Shown here in pieces: positions 28,003 to 36,172 of a stretch of 64,000 nt of DNA. The notes beneath the pieces were generated by a model. The model did not search any database. It was not told the DNA's origin and saw nothing but the letters and a program-made list of their open reading frames with translations. The position numbers and the translations under genes are program-made. Origin of the DNA: a virus (taxonomy: Duplodnaviria > Heunggongvirae > Uroviricota > Caudoviricetes); the IMG/VR virus record IMGVR_UViG_3300031994_000015, positions 30,276 through 94,275 of that record. One strand, written 5' to 3'. How positions within the stretch are numbered: position 1 is the stretch's first letter; each line of letters starts with the position of its first letter.

Positions 28003-28014
28003 GGAGAAAAAACT

Positions 28015-29463
28015 ATGAGTAAGATTAATTCCACAAGAAAGTCAAAGACTCTTAAGTCTAACCAAACATCTGTTGGTGAAATCGCAGGTGTAGTAACTAA
28101 CACTGCCGCTGCTCAATCAAATATTCAGCTTCTTCGTAGAGCTGTATTGGCAAACCTCCTTTGGGAGAATATTGCATATATGGATGGTGAATCTGTAGCT
28201 GCAGAAATCAAGAGACTCATCCCTCTTTGCAATCCAGAGGATGTTGCTTTGCTTACTGTAGAGGCTCGTACTATGCAGAAGCTTCGTCACACCCCATTGT
28301 TTCTTGCAGTTGAGATGTGTAAGCATGATGCAACTCGTCCTTATGTTAAGGATGTACTTCCAAAGATCATAACTCGTGCAGATATGCTTACTGACTTTAT
28401 GGCTCTTTACTGGGCTGATGGTAAGTGTCCTATCTGTAATGCAGCTAAGAAGGGTCTTGCAGAAGCATTTCACAACTTCAAGGAGTATCACTTCGCTAAG
28501 TATGATCGCGATGCAGAGATTAAGCTTCGTGACGTAATGTTCATGGTACGTCCAAAGCCAGAGAATCAACTTGAAGAGCTTCTTTACAAGAAGATTGCTG
28601 ACCGTACTCTTGAGACACCAGAAACTTGGGAGGTATTGCTTTCAAAGGCCCACACACCTGAAGAGAAGGCTGCTGTTTGGACAAAGCTTATTACCGAAGG
28701 TAAGATTGGTGGTAAGGCAATGCTTATGAACATTCGTAACATGCAATCAGCTAAGGTTGCACGTCCTATCATTGAGCAAGGTCTTCGTGAGATTAAGGGA
28801 TCTATGCTTCTTCCACTTGACTTCTTGAAGGCTATGCGTGAAAGCAATGGTTTCGAGAGAGAAATTGAAGATGCTATGCTTAAGACATATGAGAATATGC
28901 CAAAGCTCCCTGGTAAGACATTGTTCATTGTAGACGTATCAGGTTCTATGGGTTCAATCACTTCAAGTGGTTCTATATTCTCACGTTTGGACCAGGCTGC
29001 AGCTATGGCTATGCTTGCCGCTAACCAATGTGAAGACTTCGAACTTGTATGTACTGCTGGTTATGACAGTACTTGTGAGGAGCACCAGGAAATGATTGAA
29101 TATCCTTCTAAGGGATTCAAGATGTTCCAGCAAATTCGTGAAGCTGCTAGTCGTCTACATGGTGGTGGTATTTTCACATACCAATGCCTTGAGAAGCTTC
29201 GTTCAAAGCTTGGTAGTAAGATAAATGATTACGCTCGTATCATTGTCTTCTCAGACTCTCAAGATATTGATGTTTCCCATGGTCGTAATGTAAAGCCACG
29301 TCCATTTGGTAAGTACAACTACATCTGTGATGTATCTTGTCATACCCATGGTATTAACTACAATGGAGTATGGACAGCTGAAATTTCTGGTTGGTCAGAG
29401 CACTTCCTTACTTACATTGCCGCTTTTGAAGGTATTGAGAACACATTTGAGGATCTTAACTAA
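28015..29463 (+). CDS. TROVE-domain Ro60-like RNA-binding protein with vWA domain
   Basis: LRHTPLFL, AKY.RD, KLRDVMF..RPKP, TPETWE, LLPL, TLFIVDVSGSM (MIDAS), VFSDSQ. Confidence 0.88.
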   Translation: MSKINSTRKSKTLKSNQTSVGEIAGVVTNTAAAQSNIQLLRRAVLANLLWENIAYMDGESVAAEIKRLIPLCNPEDVALLTVEARTMQKLRHTPLFLAVEMCKHDATRPYVKDVLPKIITRADMLTDFMALYWADGKCPICNAAKKGLAEAFHNFKEYHFAKYDRDAEIKLRDVMFMVRPKPENQLEELLYKKIADRTLETPETWEVLLSKAHTPEEKAAVWTKLITEGKIGGKAMLMNIRNMQSAKVARPIIEQGLREIKGSMLLPLDFLKAMRESNGFEREIEDAMLKTYENMPKLPGKTLFIVDVSGSMGSITSSGSIFSRLDQAAAMAMLAANQCEDFELVCTAGYDSTCEEHQEMIEYPSKGFKMFQQIREAASRLHGGGIFTYQCLEKLRSKLGSKINDYARIIVFSDSQDIDVSHGRNVKPRPFGKYNYICDVSCHTHGINYNGVWTAEISGWSEHFLTYIAAFEGIENTFEDLN

Positions 29464-29489
29464 ATGAAAGGGCTTTAAGCCCTTTCATT
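29463..29489 (+). terminator. hairpin terminator
   Basis: AATGAAAGGGC/GCCCTTTCATT. Confidence 0.7.
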
Positions 29490-29527
29490 CATTAAATATA
29501 ATTAGTAACATTTAATTTATATAAATT

Positions 29528-29821
29528 ATGGAAATTGCACAAATTATTTGGTTAGTTATTTGTGGTGTAGTAATCATTGCTGGTTTCTGGCTTGGTTCAT
29601 ATTATTTGAGTGAATGGAAAGAAGCATGTGTTGATTATGCAAAGTATAGTGTAAAGTCAGTAAGTTTAAAGAAGAAAAATGACGAAAAATGGGTCGATAC
29701 CTATGAGTCAGAAATTGCCCAAAATCTTGTCAAGAGACAAATTTGCCTACCTGTTTGGATTACAAGTTTTGTTTTTGTTTTAATATTTCTTGTTATAGTT
29801 GCAGTGACATTATTTAAGTAA
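29528..29821 (+). CDS. membrane protein
   Basis: N- and C-terminal TM segments. Confidence 0.7.
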   Translation: MEIAQIIWLVICGVVIIAGFWLGSYYLSEWKEACVDYAKYSVKSVSLKKKNDEKWVDTYESEIAQNLVKRQICLPVWITSFVFVLIFLVIVAVTLFK

Positions 29822-29824
29822 ATT

Positions 29825-30445
29825 ATGAATAATATAGATATTGTAAATATTAAGAAAGAATTAGCTAAGCGTAAGGCGACTAATTATGAATGGAAAGATG
29901 GTGGTGAAATGGCTAAGGATGATATTATGCTTCGCACCACCAAAGAGTTAAATGAACTTCTTAAGGATTATGAAAATGCCAAGAATAATAAAATTTCTGA
30001 AAAGGTACATAAATTAGTTGATGAAATATTTGAGAAATATGCAGATGAAGGTGACAACATGATTCCATTGTCATGCGCATATCGACCAGAATATCGAATT
30101 TATGGTAATGCTGGTATTGAAGTATATAGTTCAGTAATGTTTAGTGACATAGATGGCTATAACGATAATCCTAAAGTAAAGCCAATTGCCCGTAATTGGT
30201 ATGAGGAAGATAAACGTTGGGAAAACTATACTAACGATTTGGAGAAATTAGTTGATGAAATTTTTAAAACTAAAGTTCCTTTGGCAGAAGACTTTTGGAA
30301 AGACAATGGAGACCGCCTTAATGAATATTGGTATGGTGTAATTGCAATTACCCGTAATTATAAAATTGTAGGATTTGAAATGCGAAATGATGGTCTACCA
30401 CAAGATGATAATAAATTGAATTATCCTTGTATAATGACTATATAA
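29825..30445 (+). CDS. hypothetical protein
   Basis: ORF track, 206 aa. Confidence 0.8.
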   Translation: MNNIDIVNIKKELAKRKATNYEWKDGGEMAKDDIMLRTTKELNELLKDYENAKNNKISEKVHKLVDEIFEKYADEGDNMIPLSCAYRPEYRIYGNAGIEVYSSVMFSDIDGYNDNPKVKPIARNWYEEDKRWENYTNDLEKLVDEIFKTKVPLAEDFWKDNGDRLNEYWYGVIAITRNYKIVGFEMRNDGLPQDDNKLNYPCIMTI

Positions 30446-30469
30446 TAATTATATAATTAATTTATTGAA

Positions 30470-30546
30470 GCCGGCATACTGGAAACAGTCACTGCGACAG
30501 TCGGGCATAACTTATCATTATTTGGTAGGTTATGCTCGATTTTTTT
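30470..30546 (+). ncRNA. candidate small structured RNA or attenuator
   Basis: GC-rich intergenic island: ACTG-GAAA-CAGT hairpin, then 17-bp stem and T tract. Confidence 0.35.
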
Positions 30547-30571
30547 GTTTAAATATATTAACATTAAAATT

Positions 30572-30727
30572 ATGAGTAAAACGGTAGATTATTGGAGAGC
30601 AAAAGATGACAGAAACTACATGCAAGTGCTTGATTCAAGGATAAGCAACCATGAATGTACAAGATCTGAAGCTGCATGGGACTATGAACGCTATAGCAAT
30701 CATATGTACCCAAATAAATATATTTAA
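30572..30727 (+). CDS. small hypothetical protein
   Basis: ATG 30572 with AT-rich leader. Confidence 0.6.
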   Translation: MSKTVDYWRAKDDRNYMQVLDSRISNHECTRSEAAWDYERYSNHMYPNKYI

Positions 30728-30735
30728 ATTTAATT

Positions 30736-30864
30736 ATGACATCAAAAGAATGGGAAGAAAAATGGGGTAGCCCTAAAGAAGCATGGGAAAAAGATCCTCC
30801 GGTGTATGACAAAAGAGGAAGATTAATACATATACCCGAATGGGAATATGATAAAATGTTTTAA
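30736..30864 (+). CDS. micro-ORF, 42 aa Trp/acidic
   Basis: manually translated MTSKEWEEKWG...EWEYDKMF. Confidence 0.5.
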   Translation: MTSKEWEEKWGSPKEAWEKDPPVYDKRGRLIHIPEWEYDKMF

Positions 30865-30883
30865 AAATATATTCATTAAAATT

Positions 30884-30916
30884 ATGGGAGATTGGGAATA
30901 TGATTGGGAAGATTAA
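30884..30916 (+). CDS. possible 10-aa peptide MGDWEYDWED
   Basis: same leader type as neighbours. Confidence 0.25.
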   Translation: MGDWEYDWED

Positions 30917-30937
30917 TACATATATTTAAATTGTATT

Positions 30938-31057
30938 ATGACTTTGGAAGAAGCAATTCAACATTGTGAAGAAAAAATTGATAACACTTTATGTGGATTA
31001 GAACATCGTCAACTGAGAGATTGGTTGATTGAACTTAAAGAAAGAAGGAGCTCTTAA
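30938..31057 (+). CDS. micro-ORF, 39 aa (MTLEEAIQHCEE...)
   Basis: manually translated. Confidence 0.55.
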   Translation: MTLEEAIQHCEEKIDNTLCGLEHRQLRDWLIELKERRSS

Positions 31058-31072
31058 GAGCTCCTTCTTTTT
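31041..31072. terminator. bidirectional terminator between convergent blocks
   Basis: AAAGAAGGAGCTCTTAAGAGCTCCTTCTTT perfect palindrome. Confidence 0.85.
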
Positions 31073-31824
31073 TACCATCTTAATATCTTATGTGATGTAT
31101 ATTTTTTTCCACTCATATTTTTGAAATCAGATATCAAATCACCTTTTTTAAATGGTTGTTGATGATCGAATAAATCACTAATAATATCATCAAACCAACT
31201 AGGTACTTCTCTATATTCTGTTATAACATAATAACCACATTTATTGCATTTTTTATAATGGAATTGATATTCTGAATGTCCGTGGCCAGAAACATGTACT
31301 CCAGCACCAACAGGGCCACCAGAAAACCAATCATATTCTATATCGGCTAATCCAGTTTCATGATATTTCATTTCACCTTTATTGCATTTTGGACAAAGAA
31401 CTCCCTTTTCTTTTAATTCATTAATATAGAAATCATCATATTCTTCATCCCATTGGTGATAGTATGCAATTCTTTTCTCAATCCATTTTTGATAACGAGC
31501 ATCATCATTACGATTATATACCCTCAATAAGAGATATAAATTCTCTTTCAAAGCTCTATCATCCATACTAAGTCCTGAGTATTTCTCTTCACCTTCTTTG
31601 ACATCATATTTCTTAATATCACTTAAAAATACTTTTTTGTCTTTATATGACTCCAATTTAGATATAAGTAAATCGATGTTGAATTTTGGTCTTGGAACAT
31701 AACTACCACCTAATAAAACAGGTTTTTCTTCATTTGTTTCAATTGGTTCTTCAATAGTAGCTTTATCGGATTTCTTAGAGAATAAATTCTTAAACCAATT
31801 GAATATTTTACAAAATATATTCAT
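31072..31824 (-). CDS. hypothetical protein with zinc ribbon
   Basis: CPKC...CNKC; amphipathic N-terminus. Confidence 0.75.
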   Translation of the reverse strand: MNIFCKIFNWFKNLFSKKSDKATIEEPIETNEEKPVLLGGSYVPRPKFNIDLLISKLESYKDKKVFLSDIKKYDVKEGEEKYSGLSMDDRALKENLYLLLRVYNRNDDARYQKWIEKRIAYYHQWDEEYDDFYINELKEKGVLCPKCNKGEMKYHETGLADIEYDWFSGGPVGAGVHVSGHGHSEYQFHYKKCNKCGYYVITEYREVPSWFDDIISDLFDHQQPFKKGDLISDFKNMSGKKYTSHKILRW

Positions 31825-31832
31825 ATCAAATA

Positions 31833-32345
31833 TTATTTATTTAGTGATTCATTAACTTCCATATTAGCTTCAGCTTCAGCTTTTTGTTTCTTTTGCATAA
31901 GTTCATCTAATTCATTTTGAACTTTTTCAATTTCTTTCAATATTCCTTCTAATTTTTTAGCTCCTTTAGTTCTGATAAAATCTTGTATAGCTTCTTTAGA
32001 TGTCCCAACATAATACGTTGAAGTTTTTCCTTCAGTATTACTTAAAGCCATAGGTTTAACTTGATATTTTTCATCAGAATAATCAAAATTTCTTCCATAA
32101 TGAGGTTCAGTCCAACCATCAATATTATATTCATTTTGAGCTAATTCAATATTGATATCATATCCATCGGTACCACGATACCAAGAACCTTTTACCTTAT
32201 AAGTATCTACTACTTTTACAGGAATAGCTTTTGTTTCTCCATCTTTTAAAACCCATAAAGTTGAACCTTTACGAGGATTATGAACGTTTTTGGCAGCTGC
32301 TTCTACTATAAGTCCTTCAAAAATTTTGTCTTGTAAATTTTTCAT
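31833..32345 (-). CDS. putative capsid-internal protein (leader MKNLQDKIFE)
   Basis: shared N-terminal leader; CDS confident, function inferred. Confidence 0.6.
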   Translation of the reverse strand: MKNLQDKIFEGLIVEAAAKNVHNPRKGSTLWVLKDGETKAIPVKVVDTYKVKGSWYRGTDGYDINIELAQNEYNIDGWTEPHYGRNFDYSDEKYQVKPMALSNTEGKTSTYYVGTSKEAIQDFIRTKGAKKLEGILKEIEKVQNELDELMQKKQKAEAEANMEVNESLNK

Positions 32346-32347
32346 AA

Positions 32348-32626
32348 TTAAAATATACTTGGTATTTTTGATAAATCAGCATTTGAAAAGTCAAGATGGA
32401 ATTTATCTATTTCATGTTTACTATGATCTCTACAATAAATTTCAATTTCTTTAAAATCTACATTCATTAATTCATATCCATCTTTATCAATTTCTGTAAC
32501 ATCTGATTGGTCTTTACCATCACCTTTCCAAATAAGGATTTCACGAACCCCAGAATCTTTATAATCCCAAAGACACCATTCACCTTTTGGTGCATTTTCT
32601 GTTACAATTTGTGTTAAATTTTTCAT
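32348..32626 (-). CDS. putative capsid-internal protein (leader MKNLTQIVTE)
   Basis: shared N-terminal leader. Confidence 0.6.
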   Translation of the reverse strand: MKNLTQIVTENAPKGEWCLWDYKDSGVREILIWKGDGKDQSDVTEIDKDGYELMNVDFKEIEIYCRDHSKHEIDKFHLDFSNADLSKIPSIF

Positions 32627-32643
32627 ATTTTGATTTTATGTAT

Positions 32644-33024
32644 TTATTCTTTACCTACAACTACTAAAACATAATCACCATTATTGAAATTCTTCTTAAG
32701 AGTTTCTTTTGTTTTATAATCACCTTCAGATGATAAAAGTATTTCATCTCCTGAACCCTTTTGCCAATAGAATGTCACTGTTGCATTTACCCAATACTTT
32801 TTTAATTTATCCCAACGAATAAAATAAAGCTTGTCATCTTTGTCACAGTCACGTTCAATCATGGTTACAGCTTCTTCATATGATTCAGCATGATCGGTGA
32901 TTTTCATATCTTTACTATATATTGCTCCGACTAATGTTTTACCATCACTTCTAATTTCTGATTCAGATGGATCAAATACAGGAACATTAGTTGATTCAAT
33001 TATAAATGTTTTAATGTTTTTCAT
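32644..33024 (-). CDS. putative capsid-internal protein (leader MKNIKTFIIE)
   Basis: shared N-terminal leader. Confidence 0.6.
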   Translation of the reverse strand: MKNIKTFIIESTNVPVFDPSESEIRSDGKTLVGAIYSKDMKITDHAESYEEAVTMIERDCDKDDKLYFIRWDKLKKYWVNATVTFYWQKGSGDEILLSSEGDYKTKETLKKNFNNGDYVLVVVGKE

Positions 33025-33025
33025 A

Positions 33026-33283
33026 TTATTTATGATATAAACTTTTTATTTTTTCTTCAATCATTGACCAGCCATAATCTTCTGCTTCTTCATCACCGGT
33101 CATAAAATATACCATAGTAGCAATAAAACCTCTATCACCATCTTTCCATTCATCCCAAATTTCTTCAATTCTATCATGAAATTCTGGATAAGACATACAC
33201 CATTCAGGTACTTTTTTCAAAGGTCTAAGTTTAGGTAATTCATCCTTTTTAGCTTCTATTATTTTATCTTTAATATCTCTCAT
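33026..33283 (-). CDS. putative capsid-internal protein (leader MRDIKDKIIE)
   Basis: second ATG gives leader and 1-nt gap to upstream gene. Confidence 0.6.
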   Translation of the reverse strand: MRDIKDKIIEAKKDELPKLRPLKKVPEWCMSYPEFHDRIEEIWDEWKDGDRGFIATMVYFMTGDEEAEDYGWSMIEEKIKSLYHK

Positions 33284-33284
33284 A

Positions 33285-33770
33285 TTAATCATCCCATATA
33301 TTTAGAAGTTCTCTTTGAAGCTTTTCTACTTTAGGATTAAGTTCTATAATTTTCTTTTTAATAGCATCAATTTCATCAGCAAGTTTATTGAACTTTTCAC
33401 CATATTCTTGTGCTAATTCTTCAGCTTTAGCCTCATCACCTTTTACATATAGAGCACCAACTTCCTCTTCTTGGTCAATTTGTAAATCTCTATATTCACG
33501 AGTTCTATCTTTAAGGTCTTGATTAAGTCCCCAAAGTTTATCTTCAAGTGGATCTAATGTTTTACGAAGTTTCTTTTCAGCTTCTAATCGTTTAACATAT
33601 TTATCATGTTCAGCTTTTGCTAATGCAGCTTTTTGTGCTTCTTCTTCAGGATCCGGATCAGCTACCCAAAGAGTTACAATTTCACCTGTATCTTCATCGA
33701 CAAAATCCTCATAATGGCCATTCTTGCCATCTTTTTCAGATTCTTTTATATATTTATATAAGTCTTTCAT
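33285..33770 (-). CDS. putative capsid-internal protein (leader MKDLYKYIKE), coiled-coil
   Basis: shared leader; EDFVDEDTGEIV segment. Confidence 0.6.
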   Translation of the reverse strand: MKDLYKYIKESEKDGKNGHYEDFVDEDTGEIVTLWVADPDPEEEAQKAALAKAEHDKYVKRLEAEKKLRKTLDPLEDKLWGLNQDLKDRTREYRDLQIDQEEEVGALYVKGDEAKAEELAQEYGEKFNKLADEIDAIKKKIIELNPKVEKLQRELLNIWDD

Positions 33771-34021
33771 TATACTCCTTCACTTTTATATATTTTTTTC
33801 CAAGGCCAATCATGAGGACCTTTGTCGCCTCTCTCATCAAAATGACAAGCATCTATTTGATACCATTCATCGTCATCATTCCAAGTGTAACGAAGACATA
33901 AACCTTTATCTTCCTTACCTTTTATGTATTCAAGAACTTTTTTCAAATCCTCTGGAGAAAGAACAATTGTTTCTTCATCAGCTATTTTTTCGGTTATCAA
34001 ACATTCTTTTAAATCTTTCAT
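33770..34021 (-). CDS. putative capsid-internal protein (leader MKDLKECLITE)
   Basis: shared N-terminal leader. Confidence 0.6.
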   Translation of the reverse strand: MKDLKECLITEKIADEETIVLSPEDLKKVLEYIKGKEDKGLCLRYTWNDDDEWYQIDACHFDERGDKGPHDWPWKKIYKSEGV

Positions 34022-34287
34022 TATTCATGTGTTGATTTATTTTTAGCATCAAAATAATCTTTCATATCCCAAATGAATTGATTTACATTTATATCATAAC
34101 TTTTCTTTTGAAGTTTTTCTATTTCTGTAAATACATCATCAAATAATTTTTTAACATATTCACTATATTGGACATTAAGATTTTCTAATTGTGATAAATC
34201 ACTTGCCATTTTACGAGCAATATCTTTTGTTATTGCTTTATCTAAATTTCCTTTAGATTCATTTATCATGGTAACTATATCTTTCAT
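34021..34287 (-). CDS. putative capsid-internal protein (leader MKDIVTMINE)
   Basis: shared N-terminal leader. Confidence 0.6.
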   Translation of the reverse strand: MKDIVTMINESKGNLDKAITKDIARKMASDLSQLENLNVQYSEYVKKLFDDVFTEIEKLQKKSYDINVNQFIWDMKDYFDAKNKSTHE

Positions 34288-34292
34288 ATTCT

Positions 34293-34592
34293 TTATGCTT
34301 CTATTTCATTAAAATTTTTAATTTTGAATTTGCCAGATACATGATCAGCGGCAAATAAAGTTACTTCGTATTGTGTATCAATATATTCACCAACAAATAC
34401 AAGTTTTTCATCTGATGAATCTTCTTCAACAAAATCAAAACCTGCTTTATACATTGCATCTTTAATATCATCAAGTTTAGCCATCTTAAAACCATTTCTG
34501 ATATTACCAAATTCCTTAAGGGCAAGACCTATTTCTTCATGTAAGTCTTCATCTTGAGTTGATTCTAATATAAAATCTTTAATATCTTTCAT
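34293..34592 (-). CDS. putative capsid-internal protein (leader MKDIKDFILE)
   Basis: shared N-terminal leader. Confidence 0.6.
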   Translation of the reverse strand: MKDIKDFILESTQDEDLHEEIGLALKEFGNIRNGFKMAKLDDIKDAMYKAGFDFVEEDSSDEKLVFVGEYIDTQYEVTLFAADHVSGKFKIKNFNEIEA

Positions 34593-34594
34593 AA

Positions 34595-34894
34595 TTACTT
34601 TAACGCAGTTATAATTTCATATTCGTTTTTAGATGATACATGTACCATACTTTCATTCTTCTTTAATCTATCTGAATCATGGCATATATCACGTATTTCA
34701 TCATCTTCATATCCACCCCATTCATCATATAATGAATAAAGTTGTTTTAGGTCTTTAAACAAATAACCTTTACACTTATCACCATTTGAAACAGTTACCA
34801 TTGAAAACATTGCTTCACCATATGGTATGTAATCCTCTAATGATTCTTTAATAACATTATCAGTTATTTCTATTATATCTTTTAAATTTTTCAT
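34595..34894 (-). CDS. putative capsid-internal protein (leader MKNLKDIIE...VIKE)
   Basis: shared N-terminal leader. Confidence 0.6.
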   Translation of the reverse strand: MKNLKDIIEITDNVIKESLEDYIPYGEAMFSMVTVSNGDKCKGYLFKDLKQLYSLYDEWGGYEDDEIRDICHDSDRLKKNESMVHVSSKNEYEIITALK

Positions 34895-34896
34895 AA

Positions 34897-35172
34897 TTAT
34901 GCATTATCTTTATATTCACTAAAATCAAGAAGTTTTTTCTTCTCGCAATAATCACCAATAAGTTCAACGATATCTTGTAAATATCCTGCATCCTTATCTT
35001 TATCACCTCTACAAATATCGGCCCCAGTTACTTCATTTATTATATCCATAATAAATCTTAAAAATTCAGAAACATCTTTTGCTTCTTTATCTGCATAATC
35101 AAATACAGCATCCCAAGCTTTATCTTCTAAATTTTTACTTTCATTTATTATTTTTTCTTTAAGGTCTTTCAT
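34897..35172 (-). CDS. putative capsid-internal protein (leader MKDLKEKIINE)
   Basis: shared N-terminal leader. Confidence 0.6.
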   Translation of the reverse strand: MKDLKEKIINESKNLEDKAWDAVFDYADKEAKDVSEFLRFIMDIINEVTGADICRGDKDKDAGYLQDIVELIGDYCEKKKLLDFSEYKDNA

Positions 35173-35372
35173 TATTTATTATTTTTTATATCTTTATAAA
35201 CCATAGTTAATATAACTATCAATTGTTGTGAAGTTATTTCTCCTTCACTTGAATGACCTATATATTGTATTAAGTCATCATTTGCTCCTAATTTTTCTAA
35301 TTCTTTAAGTTGAGACGGAAATCTATCTTTATTTAGAACTTCATTTATTAATTTATTTTTAAGATCTTTCAT
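35172..35372 (-). CDS. putative capsid-internal protein (leader MKDLKNKLINE)
   Basis: shared N-terminal leader. Confidence 0.6.
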   Translation of the reverse strand: MKDLKNKLINEVLNKDRFPSQLKELEKLGANDDLIQYIGHSSEGEITSQQLIVILTMVYKDIKNNK

Positions 35373-35388
35373 ATTTATAAAATAGTTT

Positions 35389-35598
35389 TTATTTATTTTT
35401 CATTCCTATATGCCATTTTCCACAGACCTTACAAATATATGTAGTATATCTATACATTTTATATTTTTTTATCCAAGCTAAGGCTTCAGTTTCTGTTTCA
35501 AATTTTTGTTTAGGTTTCCAATCACCTTCCTTTTTGGCATAATGTTCACGTTTAATAACATGTTTGTTACAATCTGATCTTGCTCCTAATTTTGCCAA
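35389..35598 (-). CDS. small zinc-finger-like protein
   Basis: YICKVCGKWHIG; similar to 44327..44608. Confidence 0.65.
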   Translation of the reverse strand: MAKLGARSDCNKHVIKREHYAKKEGDWKPKQKFETETEALAWIKKYKMYRYTTYICKVCGKWHIGMKNK

Positions 35599-35648
35599 TA
35601 TGTTGACTTAAATAATTTTGGTATTATCACCTCTATTATTAACTTAAT

Positions 35649-36149
35649 TTAATCTTCATACTTTTCTAATTTTTTCTTAAGAAGATCATCTATCTTTTCT
35701 TGAACTTTAGCTTTCTCAGATTCATATTTTGCCATTATTTTTTCCATTTCTTTTTCAAGTTCTTTAACATCTTTGTCAATAATTTCTTCTTGAAAATCAT
35801 TTAGCAATTCTCTATCTGTAGCTACATAATGGAATACTGTATCATCACCAAAACCACATATATTTATATAAAGTTTCTTTTCAAAATCTTTTCTATAGAT
35901 AAAGCATGATCCATTTTTGTTTTTGTTTTTACGTGTAAATTTGATTTCCCACATTTCTTCGGTAGTATAACTTCCTAATGACATAGGTTCATGATAATAT
36001 ACTCCATCAACAGAACATACTTCTATTTTATGGTTTCTATCACTATTATAAACATCTAAATAATAAAGTGTATCTCCTTTTCTAATTTGCTTAAAGGTTT
36101 TATCTTTAGACTCATTAGCTTCAAAAATTTTATCTTTTAAAGTTTTCAT
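35649..36149 (-). CDS. putative capsid-internal protein (leader MKTLKDKIFE)
   Basis: shared N-terminal leader. Confidence 0.6.
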   Translation of the reverse strand: MKTLKDKIFEANESKDKTFKQIRKGDTLYYLDVYNSDRNHKIEVCSVDGVYYHEPMSLGSYTTEEMWEIKFTRKNKNKNGSCFIYRKDFEKKLYINICGFGDDTVFHYVATDRELLNDFQEEIIDKDVKELEKEMEKIMAKYESEKAKVQEKIDDLLKKKLEKYED

Positions 36150-36172
36150 TGACGTTATTTAATATCTTTTTA

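Noticed and set aside
28117-28961. Minus-strand ORFs 28117..28569 and 28584..28961
   Set aside because: Fully antisense to the TROVE gene; codon-bias shadows.
33617-34035. + strand ORFs 33617..33901 and 33724..34035
   Set aside because: Antisense to the tightly packed minus-strand array genes.
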